DNA of 64,000 nt from a virus. Its lineage: Duplodnaviria > Caudoviricetes. The stretch is from the IMG/VR virus record IMGVR_UViG_3300029305_003510, positions 32,001 to 96,000 of that record; one strand, 5' to 3'. Made by a program: the position numbers and the translations under genes. Every line of letters begins with the position of its first letter. The stretch's first letter is position 1. Of the stretch, positions 19,971 to 31,300 are shown piece by piece. Below the pieces are notes generated by a model, which worked only from the letters and a program-made list of their open reading frames with translations, was not told where the DNA came from and ran no database searches.

Positions 19971-22244
19971 TCACACCCCGAAAAGACCAGCTCTGGCACT
20001 TACTCTGGCCAATTTATTGGAAATGTTGGCCATGAAGTTACTGCCAAGAGAACCAAACACACTCAGCTGACTGGATGCAAATAGAGATAATCTTTCAGCA
20101 ATAGAAATACGATTCATATTCACACCAGAAAGAGTTCCAATAAGATCCATCAGACCAGTGTTATTCATGAAGCATTTAATATTACCAGTAAGACCATCAC
20201 CATAAAATTCAGTCATAGAAAGTGTATGATAAAGATCTTTGAAGCTAATAGAAACATCCATCTGTGTGGGAATACCATCTTCAGAGATCATATCGCCATC
20301 TCCAAATCTCTTCCAGGTGATAGACTCAATGATGCCCATTTCCACATTAAAATATCCCTTAGAGTATGCACGAATCAAGAAAGGTGCACTATACTGAGAA
20401 GTATTCTTATCAGATTTAGGAGCAGCAAGAGCAAAGAGATGGAAAAATGGCACAAGTACATAGCGCCATTTACAGAATGCAGTAGCATATGGTGCGATGA
20501 AATGCATGTCGATATCATACGATCTAGAATGACTAGAATCACCCCAAATCTCAGGAAAACGCATATTCATACCATGAAGTGTATTTTCACCCCATACAGT
20601 AATACGATCTATTACGTTCTGCAAACCTGCAAGCGCTCCTATATTCAACTGTGATGTAGCTTGCTGCACATAGTTGGCTGAATCAAAGATCTCATTTGCA
20701 CCAGATCCAGTATAACCAGTAATAAACTCTAACTCACGAGCCTTGGATGAGAGATCATTGAAGAATGAAGCAAACTGTGAATCTGCTGTAGAGTTCTGAA
20801 TTGTATCACTGACCGAGGACTGAGGATCGAATGCGAATGACACACCAGCGGATAGACCCATAACCTGTTCGAAAATAGAGAAGTCCTGTTCGGCTGCAGT
20901 GTTATAATCTCCCCAGTCAAAATCAGAACAAGATTTACCATGGTATCGAACCTTTCCGAGCCCCATCAATTGTGCTGATGTTCTACAGAGAGAATTTACA
21001 TACTTATAGTATTTAGCCGTATCTACTTCCATACTATAATAATTATAGTCACCCTCAATATCATTCAGACCCTCAAGAATGCTGCCGTATTCTGTGTCAC
21101 TTTGTGCAGAAAACATCGGCATAAACGTATTCTTTACATTATTCACAGTTTCAGATACATATCCGCCTACACCTTTTTTGACAGATGTAAGGAATTTAGG
21201 TCTGCCGGGAGCGAGTACGACAATCGGCATATTAGCAGCAATATCTTTTGCAAAAGACCTGCCATATGCATCGACATTACCACTAGCCACAGCGCCATAT
21301 GTATCGGCACTACTATCCATATTCGACTTGCCCCGATAGGTTCCATCATACGCAAGAGTATCACGTCTATCTGTAATAAACGTATACTGGAAAGGCATAC
21401 CGTGGACAAAGAGCATACGACCAATAGGAATACTCATCATAGAGCTATCCACATAAGCACTATAGTCATATCCATATGCTTCATACAGTGCCTCCATGTT
21501 CGCATTCATATCCATCTGATTGATGACAACATCATCTTCACCAGCAGCATCACCATCCACACTAAAATCAGGAACATCAACACTATCACCATCTGGTGTT
21601 GTTACGGTATTGGGATCCTGCTCAACTGTATTTTCGCCAGCAGTATAAGTACCAGCAGAAGCGGTCATCATACGAGCGGTTCTCAAATATGGATTATTAT
21701 ATCGAATAGTAACACCATCAGGTGATTGCACTGCGCGATCTAAGGTAATCCACATTCCAACAACGGTCTGGTCGGCACTGGCAGACTGTGCAATATGGTA
21801 TCGGGTTTCAATCATACCATTGATATTAACTTCAATCTTTTTATCACACATTAACCTATCACCAATGATCAAACCATTGGATTCAGCCGAAGATCCGCTA
21901 TATGAAGAAAATACTTTCGCTCCAGATGCTTTAATGATAAGTTCTACCTGCACAGGAATAGCTCCGTTGGCTTCTACTTCCGGAATGATCTCCTCTTCAT
22001 CCAGAATTGGCATTACTTGCAGCATTGTAGCAGGGCACCAATATCCAACAGGAACATTCTCATCATTAGAACTCTCACTAATATAAAAGAGCTCCAAAGT
22101 ACCAGAGATAAACTGCTTTCTAGAATAAAACTCTGTACCTTCAGGGAGTAATACTGTGGATGGTACGGTATCATACACGGAGTGAAACAGTCGTGTAGTT
22201 CGGATACATTTACATACCATTGAATTTGTTACAAAATCGGCCAT
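19971..22244 (-). CDS. Putative baseplate hub/tail-tube initiator-like structural protein
   Basis: 757 aa; FPEIWGDS, PFLIRAYSKG..N..MGII.SI, G.PT.MDVSISFKDL resemble gp48/gp54-type proteins; directly downstream of the tape measure gene. Confidence 0.55.
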   Translation of the reverse strand: MADFVTNSMVCKCIRTTRLFHSVYDTVPSTVLLPEGTEFYSRKQFISGTLELFYISESSNDENVPVGYWCPATMLQVMPILDEEEIIPEVEANGAIPVQVELIIKASGAKVFSSYSGSSAESNGLIIGDRLMCDKKIEVNINGMIETRYHIAQSASADQTVVGMWITLDRAVQSPDGVTIRYNNPYLRTARMMTASAGTYTAGENTVEQDPNTVTTPDGDSVDVPDFSVDGDAAGEDDVVINQMDMNANMEALYEAYGYDYSAYVDSSMMSIPIGRMLFVHGMPFQYTFITDRRDTLAYDGTYRGKSNMDSSADTYGAVASGNVDAYGRSFAKDIAANMPIVVLAPGRPKFLTSVKKGVGGYVSETVNNVKNTFMPMFSAQSDTEYGSILEGLNDIEGDYNYYSMEVDTAKYYKYVNSLCRTSAQLMGLGKVRYHGKSCSDFDWGDYNTAAEQDFSIFEQVMGLSAGVSFAFDPQSSVSDTIQNSTADSQFASFFNDLSSKARELEFITGYTGSGANEIFDSANYVQQATSQLNIGALAGLQNVIDRITVWGENTLHGMNMRFPEIWGDSSHSRSYDIDMHFIAPYATAFCKWRYVLVPFFHLFALAAPKSDKNTSQYSAPFLIRAYSKGYFNVEMGIIESITWKRFGDGDMISEDGIPTQMDVSISFKDLYHTLSMTEFYGDGLTGNIKCFMNNTGLMDLIGTLSGVNMNRISIAERLSLFASSQLSVFGSLGSNFMANISNKLARVSARAGLFGV

Positions 22245-22274
22245 ATTCTATCTCCTTTCCACAAAATAAAAAGA

Positions 22275-22306
22275 AGAGGGACACAGGGTGATACCTGTGT
22301 CCCTCT
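22275..22306 (-). terminator. Terminator/attenuator hairpin after the tape-measure gene
   Basis: AGAGGGACACAGG/CCTGTGTCCCTCT stem, T-run on the minus strand. Confidence 0.75.
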
Positions 22307-22325
22307 CGACATCTTGAACGCCCGG

Positions 22326-25300
22326 TTATATGCTTGTCAACCGGTTAATGGTTAGTGCTCCAACATCCTCGGGATTCTTATCACCATTGGGATAATGAGG
22401 CTGAACCGTAGGGAGACTAGAGTTTGAGTTGATGGAAGATGTGCTATCATCAGCAGTTTTCTCTGTATTCTTACTGATCTTAGTAAGCAGATCCACCATC
22501 GTTGCCATACTAGCAGCAATAACTTGCAGTGCATCAGTGTACTCACCGGGGGCTCCACCAGAAGAACTAGCACCAACAGCTTCAGTAATTTTCTCAGTAA
22601 GAGTGGCAACTGTGCTGTCAGTCTGAGCTTCATCACGAGCTTTATCGAACTGTGCATTAATTCTGCGTACATCAGCCATGATAGCAGAATGACTATCAGA
22701 CATATCCGCAACACCACGACCCCAACCTGGACCAGCACCGGTAGTGGGATTATCGACATTCGCATAGGTATTATAGATCTGTGCGGCGGATTGTGCACGA
22801 GCAGCAAGCTGTTCCTGACCCTTACTGGTACTAGACCAACCACTGTACATCTCAAAGTTATCCAGACCAATCTGAGCGCCATGTTCGGGAGATGTTGCTT
22901 GATTCAATTTCTCTTTAAGTCCGGAGAAAGATGTAGATGTCTCATGCTCAAAGAACTTCAGCTGTGTAGATAGTTCACGCCAGTCAAGGTTGTTATCAAC
23001 CGCAAACTTGAACAAATTATAACCGCGAGGACCAGTCCACTGTGCAAGGCCGATACCTGGATAATAGTTACCATCAGAGCCCTTATATGCGCCTCTATTG
23101 ATACTAATATCAGAGTTATCATATGCGCGGAAAAGTCTCTCAGTCCAATCGTTCAAAGCCGCATTACTGGACAGAACCTGATCATGTCCGGGGAATCCAG
23201 ACAGATAGTCACCTTCAACTCGAGCTGAAGTATTGCCAGATTCATGTTGCCAGCAACCCATAATACCTGCAGCACCTTCAGGTGTGTAACCTTCTTTCTG
23301 CAGATAGTTCCAAATCTCAGATTTATGCTGAGTAGGATCAGTCTTACCGGCAGATGCGCCGAAACTAAAGTTTGTGCCGCCAACAACACCACCGCTAGAA
23401 CCAACTTTACGTCCAGTCGTGACAGTATTGCCATTTTCGTCTACAGTCTCACTACTGAGAGTTCCACCGAGAAGCACGGTCATAATGTCATCCATCTGAC
23501 TACCGATACTACTGAATACGGTACTGAGAGCAGACATAGTATCCATACCAGTCACATCAGGTATACTGCTCCCTGTAGAAGAATATGCTGTTGTCGATCC
23601 AACTACAGCGGTGCCACCCAAACTTGTACCACCAACCATAGCTCGTTGACTCATATCCAAGGGCAGTAGATTATCAATCGATCCCTTACCGTCCTTGGTG
23701 AATGCCCAGAAGTTTTTACCCTCACTTGCAAAAATACTAGGATCCCAAACTTTCTCAGTTCTTGTTGTAGATGCAGGATCATTTACAAGGATCATTCCAT
23801 TTCTCGTACCAACGAGATCGATAAAATGTCCACCATTTGTAAAATGACCTTTACTCATACTAGCAAGAATTGGAACACCAGATGCGAGTGTATCAACAAG
23901 TTGACTGGCAGGAACAGTCTTGATATCAAGACCATATTCTTCAGCAAGTGCAGGGAATAATGCCCATGCTGTGCCGTTATTAGATGTGCGATGGCCGTGT
24001 GCAACAGACCAATCAGCAACACCAGGGGGATCTGCAGGAATACCAAACGATCTAAGAATCATGGCAGCAGACGTGGGACCACATGCAGAAGACTTCATTG
24101 TCTGACTGGAATCCCCGATACTGGAATACATCTTAGTTGCCCAACGAGAGTCGCCCTGGAGATAAAACGGAAAATTATTCTTATACTCTACACTGGTATC
24201 AACATTTGCATCTGTAGCATTCTCGGGAGTTGCTTCATCATCAGCGCCATATCGTTCGGGGCCGCCCTTACCATAGGAGTAAATCGCATTCTTGGTATTA
24301 TCTAACAGGCCCTTCATTGTTGTAGATTTCCGACTACCGGTCAGAGGATCAACGAGACCAACTCCGCCCTTGCCAGTCATCCTATCCGCAACCATGTAGT
24401 GCATATTCTTACCATATGCGCCACCCTTACCCATTACAACAACAGGCTGACCTTTACGCAGATTTGCTGCCATTGCATTGGAATTTACAGGACCTTCAGA
24501 CATACCATAGCCGTGAGATGCAGCATATTGACCAAAGAACGCAGGATTGGTTCCACCATCAGAAGCTCGCATACCCATGCTGTAACTCATACGATTCGCT
24601 TCACCGGGAGTAGAGCCTCGCGCACCGTAAGCGGAAGACACCATAGCAGCAGCAGTAGGGCCGCAACCAGCCTTAGCCATAGCTTGAGAGTCCTGATTCC
24701 ACTTTCCAGAGCGCTGGCTCATAGGAGTGACAGATCCAGTTCCCCATTCAGAGATATCATAACCATCACCGCCACCAAACCAACCCTTCACTGTGCTCCA
24801 TGCATTAGACGCGCCAGTCTTGATCTTATTCCAAACGCCGGATGCGCCAGATTTAATTCTACTCCACATAGAGGTATCCCCAGACTTCGCAGCACTGGAC
24901 GCAACTGCAGCAGTTGCCATTGCAGAACTGATAGAAGCATTAGAACCTTCAGTCTCTTTCATATCAGCAATCAAAGAAGAACCGAGCCCTTCACCGATAA
25001 TACCGAAAATATTCGGAAGCTTCGATTTATCTTTATAGATATCCTGCATCATATTGATCAGTGATTGACCGATACCAAATCCAGCATTTATGATAGTTTC
25101 ACTAAGCTGTTTGGGGTTCTTGATAAACTCAGTAACCTTACCAATGATACCACCGTTTCCGTCAGCACCAGTAACAGAAGCTACCTTATCTTTCACTGCA
25201 CTGGCAATACGAGAAATAATGCCTTGCTGCGCAACTGCAACGCCAGACGGCACTCCCATTCCCCATTCACCATATCCAGGACCGCTACCAAAGATTCCGC

Positions 25301-28300
25301 CAAACCAATTACCAACCGCAGATGCGCCAGATTTAATACCTTCCCAAGCTTTTGTGGCACCTGTTGCAATAGCATTACCGGCCTTTTTAGCACCAGAAGA
25401 TATCGCATCTCCTGCTTTCTGGAAAATATTCTTACGTTCCGAGCCATCAGCATTGTACTTCTTAGCATACTCGTCGACAGTAAGAGATGCATTATTCTCT
25501 GCATTATAGGTATCCGTGGCAGTCTGAAGTTCGGCCTGCTTCTTAGCGAGTTCAGCCTTACCATCTTCATCCTGGAAGATATTGTAGACAGCCTGAACTA
25601 TCTTGTCCATGAACAAAGAAGCAGCAACGCTCAGGAATCCGCCAACACCAGGAATCAGAGAAAGTAATCCACCAAGGGTATTACAGAGACCTGCTGTTAA
25701 ACGCATACCGAGAGTTACATCCTCACCGAAAACATTAAAGTATTTACGAGCATTACCCATGCCACTTGTAAAATCAACGATAGCAAAACCGATAGCAAGA
25801 ATACCACCAGTACCAAAAGCGGCAATTTGCTTAATCGTAGACTTCAGTGTTGACTTTGCACCATCCTTCAATGCCTTCTCAAGAACTTCGCCACTCAGCA
25901 TTGCAACTAGCTTGGATCCCACCTGACCAATCTTTTTAGAGAGTTTGCCAAATGCAGCTTTAACTGTCTTATTGCTCAACAAAGTATCGATCAACTTCTT
26001 AATAGCACTCTTGACAGGACCGGTATCCGTAGCAGCTTCAGCAGCTTCTTTCGCTACAGCGCCAGCTGCAGCTTTTGTACTCTTTCCTGCAGCTATACCA
26101 CCGAGCTTCTCACTCAAACCAGTCATTAGAGAACCGACCTTCTGTGAAGCTTTCGCGCCAAAGTTCATAAGACCATCTTTAACAGCAGTCACACCTTCGA
26201 CAACTTTGCCTCCAACAGCTTTAGCACCATCGGCAACAGCACTACCTCTAATCATATCAAAGAGGCCAGTAACACCAGTTTTCGCATTATCAACAACACC
26301 ACCTACAACTTGACCAATTTTAGTATTGCCAAGCCATTCGACAGCATTACCAATAGCGTTCTTAGTGCCCTGAATGCCTCTACCGATGAAACCACCAGCT
26401 CTGCTGGATCTAGTAGCACCTTCAGCAACATCATCGGGATGAATAATTCCTCGAACGAAATCTCCAACCCTACCAAGACGAGTAGCCGCTTTAGCAGTTT
26501 TTGTCCAGGTCTTAGTACCCCTACGAGTAAGAGAATGAACAGCTTTTTCAGATGCCTCGCCGGCAATCTCTTTCGCAGCATTAGAATCGGACAGCGCAGA
26601 AACGATCTGATTCGGGCTCAGCTTATTCAGACCCAATCCTCTCAAAAGATTAATTCCGAAATTTTCAAGACCCCAAGCCTTATTACCCTTATCACTGAAC
26701 ATATGGAACATGAACGGCAGACCAACAGAAGCAATACCGGACAGTAATCCACCCTTACCGAGCAGGAAGTCCAGAATTCCGTTAGAAGATTTCTCTTCAC
26801 CATCGCCTCCACCAGCTGCAACCAGTTGCCCATTTGCATTCATTTGCTGAGCTGCCATAACAGCTTCAGCTTCTTCCTGTGTCTGAGCAGACTGAATCAT
26901 TTTATCATACTCTTCTGCAGGAGTAGCAGAGGACTCTGCGGATCTATCAGCAGATAGATACTTGCGCTTCCATCTACGGAACCGATCAGCTGCTGCTCTT
27001 GCGGCATTCTTTACATGATCAAGAGGGTTTGGTTTATTCGGCCCGCCACCAGCAGAAGGTGTTCCACTTCCAGGAGCTTTAGGCGCACCAGGCGCTTGTT
27101 TGTTATCATTCGCTGCAGGAAGACCAGGAAGATTGCCAGAATCACCACTAGAGGTAGGTGCATCCTGATCAGAATCAGTACCGTTATCGGTATTGAACTT
27201 AGCGCTCTTCTCTACACCGAGGATATAGACAGGAATTGCATGATTGGATAATTTTCTGGCCATTCCGTTAATAACCGTTACATACGGGAATGGGATACGG
27301 GCATCGCCTCCGATAGCAACAGGTGTTAGACCCTTAACCTCATCAAGATATCCACCATCAATAATGAAGGAACCGATCTTCTTGATTTTGGTTTTGATCT
27401 TATCTACACCTTCACCATCTTCATCATCACCCTTACCAGTGATTTTATTCCAAACCCATTTAACTCCTTTTCCTACACCCTTAGCCGCAAACTTGATACC
27501 CTTGCCTATTCCCTTTCCGACAAACTTCATGCCATCCCAGGCAAGTTTCGCAACATCGGGAGCGATAGCTGCTGCAGTCTCAACAAGACCTCGCACAACG
27601 GAAGAAATACCAAGTATACCATCTTTTAGTACACCAGTAAGTGTACCAAGGATATCACCAAGCGCTTTACCGATACCTTCACCGGCAGCTTTTATCGTTT
27701 TGCCTACACCGACAAGGATTTCTCCAACACCTTGTGCAGCACCCTTCAAAAGTTCGCCGATTGCAGAACCAATCGTCTTAGTAATGCTCCACATGGTTTT
27801 CGCAGCGCCAACAACGCCATCCTTCAACGCTCCAACAGCTTTTCCAAGCAAACGGAACGGATGCATGACAGTATCGATAACTTTACCGACACGTTCTTTG
27901 ACACCACTGAAAACATCGCTTACGGTTTCGGCTACACGATCATAGATCTTACCGAAAATAGTCCGACGCTTCTTTACCTTCTTACTACCTTCCATCTCCT
28001 CGGGAAGTTCTTCATCAGAAAGCTTTCCAAACTTCTTATCGAGAAGTGTTTTGATATAGGCAATATTCCAACCAGTACCACCAAGCTGGCCCTTAATCTC
28101 ACTATAGATCTTGGGGATATCTTTGGTATGCTTGGAGATTGTCTCAAGATATTCATTATCAGACTTCTTTGCTTTGTGTCGTTTAGTAGGAGCTTCCCTA
28201 TCAGCTTTCGCTTTAGATTCACGATCAGCTTTTATCTTTTCAGATTCAGCCTTATCTCTATCTCTTTGAGCAGCTTTATCAGCGCGCTCTTTATCACGCA

Positions 28301-31300
28301 ACTTCTTTCGTTCAGACTGACTATCTCTCTTTTTCTGCTCCTTAGGATCCTCTACAGACTTCCAGTCAGCATCCACATAACTAGGATCTGTATCCGGCAC
28401 CCACTGTCCACCAGGAATGAATCGACCATTCGCATCTCTGTTCTGGACATACTTCATTCCAGCATAAGGATCAGTAGCAGTATTGTCTGTAGATGCATCA
28501 GGAGCTTGTTCGGCTCCAGGTGCAGGTTTAGACCCACCTTTAATCTTATTCCAAGTATCACGGAAGGTTTGTTTCAGTCTCCCGCCGAGTCCTCGACTCT
28601 GTTGTTTCGCTTCTTCCTCAGACGGAGGCTTTTTTCCGAAAAACTGTCCAAAGAATCCACGAACAGTGCCTGTCATATGACCAATAGTCTCTTTCGCTTC
28701 ATTAATCTTCTGCTCTCGTTCAAGTCGAGCCTGTTCTTTCTTATCAGCGCGAGCTTTCTCTTTGCGCTCTTCCGGGGTTTCACCGCCAACCTTACCAGTA
28801 ACAATAAACTCCAATGCTTTAAACGGCGCAGAGATAATATTACCGATAGCCTTACCAATAGCGCTAAAGATTTTGTTAGTTGCATTCTCAAGAGGAGTAA
28901 TTACTTTCTCTTTAAAGAACTCACCAAGAGGCTTACCAACATGTTTCTCAAAAACATTATCGAAGCTCTCTTTAATCTTATCGCCAATATTATGGAAAGA
29001 CTCTTTGATTCGTTCTCCCGCTTCATGCATTTGCTCCTTCAAAGGCTCAATGGAACGGGAAAACGGGCCGACTACATTCTTATCAAACCATTCTCCAACA
29101 GATTTACCCATCTGGTTAATCTTGTTAGACATGGGTGTAAGAATTTTATCTTTCGTAAAATCGAACGCTTTACCGAACAGACCACCTTGGCGTTTCTTGA
29201 CAGTCTTGGTAATTTTATTACCATTTTCATCAGTGGACTCTTCAGTAACATCAGCTTCCTCGCCGAAGAAGAATGAATTGATCTTCTCAGCATTCAGTGC
29301 TCCTGTAAGACCGCCTAAGAATCCGAAGATAGGACCACCGGGAATCAAAGACAGACCGGGAATAATACCGAGACTGGAAATGAGTCCCCAAGCACCAGCA
29401 CCCAGTGTAGCCCCACCAAGAGCGGCTGGGGCTCTATCTTTTATTTCCTTCTTAACCTTCTCTCTGAACTCTTTGCTGATTAAACCAGATTTAGGATCTT
29501 CGATATTACCGAACAAAAGTTCTCGCATCTGATGAGATGCAGTGGTCATTCCACCAAGTGCGCCAATAACTCCGCCAAGCAGAGGACCACCGGGTAAGAA
29601 CATACTACCAATGACACCGATAGCAGCACCTTTACCCATAGCAGGCGCATACTGTTTGAATGCATCAGTAACAGTACGATCAATAAGGCCAGACTTAGTC
29701 TGTTTCTTTCGCGTGACCTTCTTACCAGTAAGAGGATCCACCACCGGCTTCATCCGACCTGGATTCTTGGGATCTGGCATCATGACATCTTCAACATCAT
29801 CACCAAATTCACCAAACAGGAAAGACTTTAGCTTATCAGAACCAGCAACAAGACTGGCTCCACTACCAAGAACCATTCCCAGAATAGGGCCACCAGGTAA
29901 AAAGAGACTTCCGAGAAGACCCGCACCAGCGCCAATGACCATATCAGGAAAAGCTTTATTAACTTCATCTTTAACAAGCTTAAACTTCTCCCGAGAACCG
30001 TGGTCATCGCCATTAGCATCTGGACCAAAAAGCATATCAGTGAAATCATCGGTAGCTTTCTTTATCTTACCACCAATGCCGTAGTAGCCCATATAGTCCT
30101 CGCCATTCTCACCATGTACATACTTTACACCTTTACGAGGACTATCCGCAGCTTCGCCCCAGAGGAGCCTGTCGATTAAACCAGCACCTTCAGTTTTGGT
30201 TCCATCTTTAATACCGCGAACTTTACCTCGTATTTGGTTATATGCATCACTAAAACGGCCACCACTATATTCACCAGTGAAATTGCCCTCTTCGTCAAGA
30301 ACTTTATTACCGATAAACTTGGACTTAATGCGACCGCCGAATTCTTTAGCTCGATTCTTAACCGGATCCACAACTTTCTCAAAGAGTCGATTTTTAATCC
30401 TTGGGATCAAACCGGTCTCTTTATTGAAAAGAGAATCCTTTAACGGTTCACCAATGTGTTCAGCAAACCAACTTCTTGCATCCATCCAGTGCGCCTTTAC
30501 CGAAGCAGTTACAGTGCGCATAAGACTGGGTACTTCATCAGTGCTATTAAGATACGATTCCGCATCTTCACCGTAGATGATCTTAAATAAGAATGCATCA
30601 ATGGTCTCAAGCCCCTGATTCATAAGAGCGAACGGAGCTTTTGTCATTGCACCCTTTAGATTATCTAAGAAGCCCTTATCTGGACTAATTCCCAAACGCT
30701 CTTTAAACTTATCACTATGAGAAGTGATTAGTCTACGAGTAGCCTCAATCTGAGGATTGTCCGATGTCCCAGGAGCCGTATTCTTTATCTGTAATGCTTC
30801 CTGGTATGCCATAATCGTTTCGAGAGGTGTATCCTTATCAATAATAAGTTCGTCAAGAGAACGAACCTTATCAATTTCAGCCTGCCTCTTTTGTCTATCG
30901 CTACGCTCACGACGCTCACGTTCCTGACGCCGAGCAGTTGCACCATTTTCCGCTTGCACTTTTCTATCAAGACTATCACGAACAGTTTGAGCATCTTTGA
31001 GAGCTTCTGTAAGCATCGGGTTACCAGATGTGCTTACATTGCCAGTTTCATTACCGATAATGTAAGTGTATGTGATAATACCTCGGCGCAATGTTGTAAG
31101 AATATCATTTGCAATGATATTAGTAGCATTTACGCCTCCCATTGTCAAGTTCCGAGCATGTGCTTTCTTGACAATATCATCACGCTCATCTTCCGTTAAA
31201 CCATATCGACGTCTCTTAGACTCATACTCAAGACTATTTGCAGTCTCTTTATCGAGCATTCCAGAGAAGATAATACCAAGACCACTTGTAGCAAGCTCGT